From the NCBI GenBank assembly GCA_047967505.1, contig CM106538.1: DNA of 64,000 nt. The stretch is one strand, 5' to 3'. The notes under the pieces were generated by a model, which ran no database searches, had not been told where the DNA came from, and worked only from the letters and a program-made list of their open reading frames with translations. This DNA is from Dipteris shenzhenensis. Taxonomy: Eukaryota. A program made the translations under genes and the position numbers. The number at the start of each line of letters is the position of its first letter. Positions within the stretch are counted from its first letter, which is position 1. This document shows, one piece after another, positions 1 through 10,459 of this stretch.

Positions 1-3000
1 CAAGCTCCTAAATCTGCGAAGCTTCTCGGTACCCAATGCCTTTGTAAAAATATCAGCCACCTGCTCCTCAGTGCTGACATAGACAAGATCAATCTCACCA
101 GCTAGAACCTTCTCTCTCACAAAGTGATAATGCACCTCAATGTGCTTCGTTCTAGCATGATAAACTGGGTTATTAGCAAGCATGATGCTGCTAATGTTGT
201 CACAATGAATGACAACTGCTGCATGAATTGACTGTCCCATATCTGCAAGTAGCTTCCATAACCAAGCTACCTCACATGCAGCCATTGCTGCACCCCTGTA
301 CTCAGCCTCTGTGCTCGACAAGGCAACTGTTGGCTGCTTCTTGCTGCTCCAACTGATGGCACCACTCCCAAGGGAAAACATAAAACCACTAGTAGATCTC
401 CTGTCTGAGACACTACCAGCCCAGTCAGCATCTGTGTATCCATGTACCTGTAATGCACACCCAGCTTCATAAAACAGTCCACAATGCAATGTGGACTTCA
501 CATACCGTAGTATGCGCCTAGCCGCATCCAAATGTGGCTTCCTTGGTGCCTGCATAAACTGACTCACCAGCCCCACAGCATAGCTCAAATCTGGTCTGGT
601 TATAGTCATGTAAATCAAGCTACCTACTATGTGCCTGTACATAGTAATATCTTCAAGAAGCTCACCTGTCTCTGCATTGAGCTTCACATTCTGCTCCAAT
701 GGAATAGAGATAGGCTTACAGCCTGTCATCCCATATTTGGACAGCATGTCCAAACCGTATTGCCTTTGCAACAGCCATATCCCACTCGGGGATCTAATAA
801 CCTCAATGCCCAAGAAGTAACGCAGCTCTCCCAAATCCTTCATCTCAAATTTCTGCTTCAACAGCAGCTTCACTTCATTAATGTCTGCATCACTATCACC
901 TGTAATAATCAAGTCATCAACATAGATGACTACAAGCACAATCCCTCTGTTTGTCCTTTTCACATAAAGTGAAAAATCTGAATTGGAAATCTGAAATCCA
1001 ATAGTGACAAGATATTGCCCTATCTTGTCTGACCATGCCCTCGGCACCTGTTTTAAGCCATACAAGGCTTTGCGCAACCTGCATACAAAATCGGGGTGTG
1101 AATTATCCTCATAACCTTCTGGCTGCATCATATAAACCTCTTCCTGCAAATCACCATGCAAGAAGGCATTTTTCACATCCATCTGATGCAAAGACCATCC
1201 CTTTGCAGCAGCCATAGCAATTACTGCTCTCACGGTTGCCATCCTTGCAACTGGGCTGAAAGTTTCCTCATAGTCAATTCCATATGTCTGCGCAAAACCT
1301 TTGGCAACCAATCTTGCCTTGTACCTGCTAACAGACCCATCAGCATTGTGCTTTACTTTGTAAACCCACTTGTAGCCAATAGCCTTCTTATCATGAGGCA
1401 AAGGCATCAAATCCCAAGTGTGGTTTGCATCCAAGGCAGCCATCTCTTCATCCATAGCTGCTTCCCAATTTTTATGCCCTACTGCATCCTCAAAACATGT
1501 GGGCTCTGGCTCCTCTAGAACCTTGACCATATAAGCATAGTGATGTGCTGTATACCCATCATATCTCAGCCTGTCAACTGGATACTTAATACGAGTGGAC
1601 CTCCGTACAACTGGATCAGTTGCAGGAGTCTTTAAATCATGCCTGCTTTTCCTTGCACCAGGTGTAACAACAGAAGGAATCCCAAGTTCCTCATCAAGGC
1701 TCATTTCAGAGCCGCTTGACTCTCCATCAACATGAGAGCTACCAGCAGACACATCAAACACTGGAGCATGGTCTACTTTTTCTTTTCCCTTATGTGATAC
1801 CTGCACAACACTATCAGGGCTGCCATGTGACGATTCACTAGATCTCAATCTCCCTGTCCATGCATTAGATCCACTAGTAGAGGACTCTCTGGGTCCACTC
1901 AAGGCTTGAGATTGCTGCTCTGCATTTATTGCAGCATTCCCATTTCCTGCATCTGCATCTCCTACCATAACAGTTGGTGCATACCAGCTGCTCATTTCAT
2001 CAAAAACAACATCTCTGCTCACTTGCATTTTGTGGGTGGAAGGGTTATAACAGCGATACCCTTTCTGGTGCAGAGCATATCCAATAAAGATGCATTTTTC
2101 TGCCTTTGGATCCAACTTTGTTCTCTTCTCATCAGGAACATGAACATAAGCTATGCAACCAAATACCTTCAAGTGAGAAATATCTGGTTTTTGGCCTGTA
2201 TACATTTCTTCAGGCGTCATGCCATGGACAGCTACAGTGGGGGTTCTGTTCATAATATAAACAGCAGTTGCTACTGCTTCAGCCCAAAAATAATCAGGCA
2301 TGTTTTTCTCATTTAGGATCGCCCGTCCTACTTCTGCAATATGCCTGTTCTTCCTTTCTGCAACCCCATTCTGCTGAGGGGTAGACGTGCATGAGTACTT
2401 CCTTTGAATTCCCTGTTCTTTTAGATATTCACAAAATTCTTCTGAAAAGTACTCTCCCCCTCCATCAGATTTTAGCACTTTAATATGCACACCTTTCTCT
2501 TTTTCAACCATGGCCTTAAAAGCCTTGAAATGGCTGAACACTTCACTTTTGTGCTTCATAAAATAAATCCACACCTTCCTAGTGTAGTCATCAATAAACG
2601 TCACATAATAATGGCATCCACCAATAGAAGCAGCTTTGGTTGTCCAAACATCTGAATGGATCACTTCCAAAGGTCTTCTGCTCACCTTAGCATTTTTGGG
2701 AAATGCATGTCTGGCCTGCTTACCCATTTGGCATGCTTCACATACCTTTTGCATTCCCTCAACTCTGAATTTAGGCAAACCTGCAACAATGTTTTTCGTT
2801 TGCATAGATTTCAGCCTTTGTATATTCACGTGCCCAATGTGCTTGTGCCATATCTCAATATCTGCAATGACACCTCTCCCATGCGCAAACATAGCAGCTT
2901 TCACCTCAAGCATATCAACATCCAAGGTGAACATTCTGCCATTTTTGTTGCCTTTCGCAACCAAGCGGCACTTATTTTTCAAGTCCTCAACAAAGCATCC

Positions 3001-4275
3001 ATCAGGATTAAATCTAACCTGTAGACCTTGCTCAACCATCTGGCCAACTGAAACCAGGTTCTTAGTGATTTTTGGAACATGAAGTACATATGCCAAGTAC
3101 TTCGTTTTGCCATCCTGCATAGCCAATGGCACTTTACCAACCTGCGTAATTAGGTGCGCAGCATCATCACCTGTTTCAACATAACCTGGCTTATCCAAAT
3201 TTCTAACATCATGAAACCACTCACCATGACTGGTCATGTGGTTAGAGGCACCTGAATCAACATACCAAACATCATTGCAAGCTGCAGCATCTCCTGACAT
3301 GGAGTTAACCATATGCTGCATCACAAAAAGGTGCTCATTTCTATCGTCACCATGCCCACTTGATGATGCATAGTTGCTTTGCTGCAACTTCCCACTTTTG
3401 ATGTCATTCTGCTTTTTATAGCATGTATTCTCCTTGTGTCCAGGCTTTCCACAATAATAGCATTCTGTGCTGCTATTTACTTGCTGGTTCCTTTGCCATG
3501 AACCACGGCCTTTTTGGCTCCCCCTGCCTCTAGAACTACCACGTCCTCCTCCATAGGACTGGTTTTCCTGTTGTTGCTGTTGGTTCTGATTTCCTGCACG
3601 GCCACCAAAATGGCCTCTTCCTCTACCCCTGCCTCTACTTGTATTCGAGTAGAAAGCAGCCTCTTGAGAAGTTGAGGTGGCTGAACCACCATTCCTTTGC
3701 TCTTCACTCAGCAAGAGAGCAATAAGTTCCTGAAAATTAGGAAATGTTTCACGGACTCCAATGGATGTCCGAAACTGTGCATAATCTTTCCCAAGACCAT
3801 TCAAGGTCACGGACACTAAGTCCTCGTCATCAACAGGTGCTCCAATGGAGGCAAGAGAATCTGCAAGGCCTTTCACCTTCAAGGAATACTCATTTATATT
3901 CAGATTTTTCCTTTGCACATTGTGCAACTCCTGCTTTAGCTGCATCTTTCGTGCTTTGGTATTTGTGCTATACAGCTTCACCAATGTATCCATGCTTCCT
4001 TAGGCGTCTCTACATCTTGTATATGCACAATCATAGAATCTGAAATGCTAACAGACAGCCAATACAGGCATTTTCTGGCTTTTTCATGCCATTCTTTAAA
4101 GGCCTTCAATTCAGCAGGAGTGGGAGGCAGCACCCAAAACTGGTTCTGCAGTTTCACCACTGATGTACTCCCAAACTCCCTTTCCCATAAGGAAGTTTGT
4201 CATCCTGAACTTCCATGCTTGGAAGTTGTTCTTGTCAAGCTTCTCACTGACAATGGTAGACAGATTCTCAGACAT
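1..4275 (-). pseudogene. copia-1 gag-pol polyprotein, near-intact; +1 indel near 4125 and -1 indel near 3991
   Basis: ATG at 4275. Manual translation shows two compensating frameshifts in gag. The frame at 3990 equals the frame at base 60 and the ORF track shows no terminated ORF in it, so it appears open to the window edge. Confidence 0.85.
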
Positions 4276-4835
4276 TTTACAAATCACGAATTGCAACAGC
4301 AACCTGTAAACACAGCAAATGCCTCACAAGGGCAAATAGCAAAACTTCTGCAAAAAGCCTCACAGGGGCAGATCTGCAACACTGACGAAAGTGGTATTTC
4401 ACCACACAGTCACTTCCTAGTGACGATTTTGCATCAACAGGCAACAGGCGTGAATCTGCAACTCCCAATATCTCTGCACACAGGCATACGATGCAATTTC
4501 TGTGGCACCTTTCCACCGACTAGCCGCGCAGTGCAGCGAAAAACAGGGCCTTTTTCTGAGTGCCTGCGAAGAACTTCCGCCTTCAAAACGGGCCCCGAAA
4601 CGGCCTCAAATCAAAAAAATAAAGTCACCAAGGGCTTTGCCCTTACCCGCAGCATATACTGCGCTCTCGCCACACCGCGAAGGGCCTCTCAATCTGAAAC
4701 AGTGCACTCCTGCACTTCTGGCTGTGCTACCTGCAGAGATTTGCTCCCAAACTCGAAATAGGAAAGCAACACTGGTCCTCTTACCAGGACACCACAAACT
4801 TGGCTTGCTTTCTTGAGCTCCTTACCACGAACAAG

Positions 4836-4847
4836 GCTCTGATACCA
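4836..4847 (-). other. Primer binding site (tRNA-iMet) of copia-1
   Basis: Reverse complement is TGGTATCAGAGC, directly adjacent to the LTR. Confidence 0.95.
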
Positions 4848-5145
4848 TGTAAAGAATAAGGGAGAGAGATAGGAGACTCAAGTTCAGCTTTCTTCACAAC
4901 ACACAAAAGAGAGAGGACACAAGGTTGGAGGGTGAAGCCTTTCTTCACTTTTGCACACAACAACAATACAATAGAAGAGGGAAATACCCTATATGTCAAA
5001 CCCTAGAATACGTGGTTCATATGTGAACCCAAACCAAAAGCATACGTGGTAGTCTAACTACACCACGAGTACAACTAACATAGGCGGTGACATAAATGAT
5101 AGTCATCCAGGAGATATATCGGGGGTAGAGCTTGATATCTCAACA
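4848..5145 (-). repeat. 5' LTR of copia-1 (298 bp)
   Basis: Minus strand begins TGTTGAGATATC and ends ...TTTACA next to the PBS. Confidence 0.9.
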
Positions 5146-5433
5146 CATTTGACATGCAAGTCAGGATCCATCCGGTGTCCGGGCTCACACATGGCTTCTC
5201 CTCATATGGGGGCCTTACAACTTGAGCACCTTGGACCACTGGTGGTTACCAGGAGGGTGGGGCATTGAGCATATCTAACATGCTAGACCCACGAGACATT
5301 GCCTCCACCCTTCCTCCTCTAGCTCCACCACCTCCATGGCATCTGTGCACACAATCCCATCCGAGTCCGTGGTGGTGCCTCCCTCGAATCTCGTGAGCCC
5401 TCCCCCAACTCTCGTGAGGTCTCCAGGTCTCTC

Positions 5434-6389
5434 GTGATGTCCCATAAGCCCACTCCCCAGTCTCATGAGCCTTCTCCTCCTCCCAAGTCCTGTGAGCCCA
5501 TTCCCCAGTCTTATGAGCCCACTCCCAAGCCCCAAGAGCATGAGCCTTCCCCTCAGCCTCAGCATTCCCCTCACCCTCAGCCTTCTTCCCCTCAGCCTTC
5601 CCCTCAGCCTTCCCCTCAGCCTTCCCCTCAATCTTCCCCTCAACCTTCCCCTCAGCCTTCCCCTTGTCCTTCCCCTCCCCATGAGAGCACTCCCCCAATT
5701 GAGCAACATATCTTTGAGAACCTCCCTTCCCCTGAGCCTTCCCCTCCCCATGAGAGGACTCCCTCGCATGAGCAAAATGTATTCGATAACCTCCCAGACA
5801 TAGAGAGGCTTCCTAAGGTCCAACAGACTGTTAGGAAGAGCATAATCTTCCCTCTCTCGGTGATACAGCTCATCGTGGAAATGGCACTTGTGGCCATAAA
5901 GAGGGTAAAGTAGATGCCGAGGAAGCCCCATCCCAAAGAAGGACAAAGCTCAGGACATCTACGAGAGGAGGATTCGGAGAAGGATCAATGCAAAAAAGAG
6001 TAGCGCAAGAAATTTAAGGCAGACAGGAGGCTGTGGGACCATGTTTGGGTACCTACTATAAAGCCTCCACTAAGAGTCAGGAAGCCATACAGAGTGAAGC
6101 TAGGAGCACAGGCCCTAAGGTAGATCAGACAAATGTAGAAGATGACCGACAAACTAATCCCGCATGCTCCCTTCGAATGTGGGGTATGGGAGATAGCACA
6201 AGGATACAAGGACGATGTATGATTTAGCACAGGAGCTATGGGGGCGCTCCAGGAGGCTGAGGAGCAAGTGACCACCATTCTGCTCAAGGACGCCAACTTT
6301 TGTGCCATCCACACAAAGCACGTCACAGTCATGAAAAGGACATGGCTCTAGCAAAGCGGCTATGGAGTGACCCAAGCTTGAAGCCCTAG
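5434..6389 (+). pseudogene. Decayed ORF: Pro/Ser/Gln-rich repeats, two H3-tail-like motifs, C-terminal divergent histone H3 fold
   Basis: Reading through stops in the frame of ORF 5434-5913 gives RKPYRVKLGAQALR*IRQM*KMTDKLIPHAPFECGVWEIAQGYKDDV*FSTGAMGALQEAEEQVTTILLKDANFCAIHTKHVTVMK-(fs)-DMALAKRL, colinear with H3 [16 protein letters not shown]...[21 protein letters not shown]. The true 5' end is probably further upstream. Confidence 0.88.
5543..5663 (+). repeat. 12-bp coding minisatellite (CCTTCCCCTCAG)n encoding PSPQ
   Basis: Directly visible tandem copies; a further ~69-bp duplication follows (5668-5795). Confidence 0.9.
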
Positions 6390-6576
6390 ATTCTCTTGCA
6401 ACCCTCTCTTAGCACTTAGACCCCCCTTGCCCTTGAAGGCACTATCTTGTATCGACGGCCCAAGGGCCGATCTTTTTTAATAAAATATATCCACATTCTC
6501 TACAGTTTCGCATTGTTGTGTATTCTCCATGTTTATAACTGAAGTTACTGATCATTTAAATGTAAGTTTTGAATTC

Positions 6577-6753
6577 TGTCAAATCCTGAAGGAATTTCAC
6601 CATCGCGCAAAATGGGAAAGTGTCCGGACATCTCCAGGAGCCAAAAAGTGCCCAAATTTGTGCCGTGTTGGGTTTTAGGCTTTCTAGGCTCCTGGTGACA
6701 TCTCAGACACGTTTCCCTTCTGCACAATGGTGAAATTCCTGTAGGATTTGGCA
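6577..6753. repeat. Imperfect inverted repeat (~72-bp arms, ~30-bp loop)
   Basis: 6577-6648 tgtcaaatcctgaaggaatttcaccat...ccaggagcc pairs with 6680-6753 ggctcctgg...atggtgaaattcctgtaggatttggca. Confidence 0.85.
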
Positions 6754-6984
6754 AAAATGAACTTTTGATACCCAGGATTGGTGAAAATGATACTAAATTG
6801 GCTAGAAATGTATCAAATTAACACAATTAAAATGATGGAGAAAATATATCATCAATGACTTAAACAAAATACAATGGAATTCATGATGAGCAACGATAAC
6901 TTAAAACAAATAATAAAGACATGTAGTCATGTATCCATTGAAATATCCATAAATTAAATATATGTTTATATATACAAAAGGCCT

Positions 6985-7760
6985 CACAGGCTATCTTTCT
7001 TCTTGGCTAGTTCGAGTACATTGACAATAAGGGTCTTTGAATCCCCTACTAGATTCCTAGATATAAATCTAGCCACAATAGCACTAACATCCTCCTCTCC
7101 TGCTGCCAAAGACATAGCCATTTGCTGTCAATGCCCTACCATGAATGTTCGATCCAAAGGCATTGATAGCAGCTAGGCAGTGTACCAAAATGACTTTGTC
7201 AGCATTCCAAGTAATGTTGGAGTATTCGATAGCGTGCGGCAATGCCTTGCACTTCAACAGCTTCGAAGGACCTCGAGGAGAAAATTTGCTTTGAAAGACC
7301 ACGATATGCTCTGCGACTTTGCCAAGGTAATGGGCCAAAGAATGATCTCACCCAAATGCGCTGCGAACATTACCCCATCGAGATGAGAATTCATCAAGCT
7401 CAAATGTGTCCTACAACAATTCAACAAACATTAGAAAACCGACAAAACAAATTATACCGAAAGAACATCAAAATAAAAAATATTGTCCAAACTTACCACT
7501 ACAGCATCATCGCTTCTATCCCTTCCTCATTTGCAATGTTGATGGAACCAGGTGCTGTGTGATGTTCCATTTGGGAGGCCTAGGATGGGTTGGAACCACA
7601 AGAGTAGAATGCACCACTTCACTATGGATTGATAGCTCCCAATGATCACCAAGTCATTGCCCTCCTATTATTCCATTAGCTAGTGGAATCCCAACTAGCT
7701 TTCCCTTCTCATTTCTTCTACACCCATCCCATTTTCTTTGCATAAAAAAATAGCTCATGG
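6985..7760 (-). pseudogene. Degenerate spliced coding remnant of unknown product
   Basis: GTAAGT donor near 7496 and TTGTAG acceptor near 7411 join two long, mostly open frames; no family recognised. Confidence 0.3.
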
Positions 7761-7989
7761 CTATATATCGCTCCCCCTTTTCCTATGCAAGAAAATGCTC
7801 GCCTTTCTTCAATGCATCATAATCCTTGGAGTGTTAAGAGCATGTCCCATGCTCTCATAATAAAGCTAACAGAACGGTCAGCAATCCTTTTCCTTGACGG
7901 GGATGTCTTAAAACACTCGCGAGCTCTCTTTTGTCTTTGCCTCTGCCTGTGCTTCTGTCTAAAGCTATGAATGCCTGATCATTAGAATG

Positions 7990-8697
7990 AACCTTACATG
8001 CTTGAATGGCTTGAGTCCTGATTTCTTCACCAAGTAGGATTGACTAAAGTTCTTCCAGTGTCGGAATTAGCCGTTGGATGGCAATACTCTGGACTAGATT
8101 CTCATATCCCTCTCCTAGTCCATTCAGAATGACTTGAATCATTTCTGTGGGGTTCATAGTCTCTCCTGCTGCTGCAAGTTGATTGTTGTAGTCTTTTATG
8201 CGGAGTACATAAGCATGGCTGGTTTCACTGCTGTTGCGAAAACTCTGGTTGATTTGGTTTCTTAGGGTGAGAATTTTGGATGTGTTCTTGGACTCGTAGA
8301 GAGCTGTGAACATATCCCATGCTTTTTTCGATGTCTTGACTATGTTGAGCTGTCCTAGCATGACATCTTGCACATTCTACTTGATCAGGTGATAGGCATA
8401 CTTGTCTTTCTTATCCCATTTTGCCTAAGTTCGGGCAATGGCAGGATCTACTATTGACCAGTGCGAAAACTATTTATGTAGCTATAGATGCCATTGTAGA
8501 TCCTATTGCTGGTGCTATGACAACAGATGGAGTAGAGCTACTTGTCGATGGATCGGCCAATGGTCTAGGTGTAGACCCATCGACATACTCCCATTTGTCC
8601 TGAAGTACAAGAATGTCTCCATTCGGTATTTCCATGTACCGTAATTGGATTTGTCTAACTTAGTAGATGCCTCCAGATTGAGGTTGCTAGTCGACAT
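7990..8697 (-). pseudogene. Ty1/copia gag fragment
   Basis: KLDKSNYGTWKYRMETFL ... KKAWDMFTALY ... QVILNGLGEGYENLV, typical copia gag; frameshifted and with no pol downstream. Confidence 0.85.
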
Positions 8698-9463
8698 GGT
8701 GAAAGAAATGTACTCAGAAGTGTCGTGAAAATCTCTATATGAATCAACTACAAATACACTGACTATGCCAAGTGAAATCTCTGACCTGTCGATGAAGATA
8801 AAACTACAATATATAAAATCTGATCTGTATTACAAGGCTTGTGGCAATGATGTCGAGAATAGCCAAGAGGCTTTACAAGGCTGAAATGATGTGCACAATG
8901 CTATGAGATAGCCAAATAGGCTTTACAATGGTGGCATGTGTGTGTGAAATCAAATGCTATCTGCCCACTAATGCCTCTAAACTCTAAAGTCTGCTCACTG
9001 AACTGATGAACGTAAGGTTTCAGGTAATGTAATGATGTGAAACCGTATGTGAGTGTATGGACTGACTCCGAGTAGGTACTAGTCAGGAATTTTGGGCATG
9101 GCTTAGATTGGCAACTTGGGGAAATTCAAAGCGTCCCCTCTATGGCGATCTAGTCTACTCTGATCTAGATCTATACCAACCATCGATCGGTAAAAGAATA
9201 GCAAATAGTTCCTTTTCTTTTGTTCTTTTTAAGTGCTGGGTCAGATGCGTCAATGTAGAGGCAAATGTGCATGAAGGAAGTGGTTTTGTCCGCGAGGTTA
9301 AAATGTGAGTGTAACTTATGTTGAAATGTGTGCGATGTGATGAGCGTGTAGAGCACGAAAAAACGAGCAACTTTCCTTTTTGGAGCACCCTCAAATTCTT
9401 CCTGGATCAAGAGATACGACTTGATCTAAGTAGAGGGGCAAAAGGAGTGCAAATGGTGCTCAA

Positions 9464-9990
9464 TGATGATGTGTCACTGTGGGTCACATGCAGTGATGAT
9501 GTGGCACTATGCCTAGCAAGAGGCGTGCCAATGGAGCTTGTGTTGAGGTGGAAGGAGTGGTCACATGAAGTGACTATGGAGCACTGTGAGTGCCTGGAGA
9601 GGTCAGTGCTGATTGTGGACAGCTAAGATGGCACTGCTGAGGTGGCACAAATGATGATGTCAGCAAGGTGACATGGTAATGATGATGTGACATTGATGAC
9701 ATGGCCAGATGATGTGGTAGATGATGTGTCGCTAATGACATGCCATATGACATGGTAGATGATGTGTCATTGATGATATGGCACTGCAAACATGTTAGTG
9801 ATGACATGTCAAATAAGGTTGATGTGGCACTTGCTGATGTGGCAGTGGATAAGCTACCACATGGTAGTCTCTTAATCACACCTTGATTAGGGAACCATGG
9901 TTAAACCTTACCTCGGTTGGCTTGACCAACCTTATCCAACCCATTTGAGGTGAGGTTCTGGTGAGGATGAGGAAGCTGCCACATGTCACT
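9464..9990. repeat. Cluster of about 18 TGA(C/T)(A/G)TG(G/T)CA-like motifs
   Basis: Repeated gatgatgtggca, gatgacatggc and tgccacatgtca words; probably a retroelement LTR or leader. Confidence 0.6.
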
Positions 9991-10459
9991 TCGTGGACAA
10001 TCAAAATCTTGTAGATTCTGACGGAATCTTAGAGATTCCATCTCCTACGTTGGAGCTTGTGGGCTCTGAGTCACGTGCAGCTGAGCGAGTGTCGAGGCTA
10101 GAGCCATCGGTCATTCGAGGGAGTCTTGGAGCTCTGTGGAGGACGTTGGTCACCTGTGGATGTTAGCGTGCAATTGTTGGAGAGGCTGTGAGACATGTTG
10201 AAGGAGTCTCTTGTGCCTTGGCATTAGGGAGCTACAGAGTAGTTTGATGATGGAGGCGCTGGCCATGCTGGAGCTAGGAGAAAAGTCAACTATTCGTAGC
10301 AAGAGGAGTTGGTGCAAGAGCTTGCTGGAGGCCATTGGAGTGAGGCTGCTGACGGCGGAGCTGTTTTGCCTAAGGTTCTTAGGAGCCACGTTTTGGCCGA
10401 GATGCAGGAGCCTTTTGCTGGAATGGAAGCTTGGTGATGCACCGTTCTAGGAGATGGCA

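Larger units (their letters stand above)
1..5145 (-). mobile_element. Ty1/copia LTR retrotransposon (copia-1), 3' end outside the window
   Basis: Minus strand reads LTR (TGTTG...CA), PBS, gag (KLDKNNFQAWKFRM), CCHC knuckle, protease WYVDSGAS, integrase, RT YVDDL and RNase H (VADIFTKAL at 60-34), the copia domain order. Confidence 0.97.

Noticed and set aside
532-4816. Plus-strand ORFs over copia-1 (and similar antisense ORFs over other elements and the PPR gene)
   Set aside because: Shadow ORFs antisense to real coding frames or within the GC-rich leader; no recognisable domains
5246-5946. Extensin-like gene and the overlapping GRLR / EGKA / LPLS ORFs
   Set aside because: No signal peptide or SPPPP/Tyr motifs; the alternative frames are artefacts of the 12-bp repeat
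6079-6389. Functional CENH3 or canonical H3 gene
   Set aside because: Several stops and a frameshift; loop 1 has canonical length and keeps Phe (RF), unlike typical CENH3
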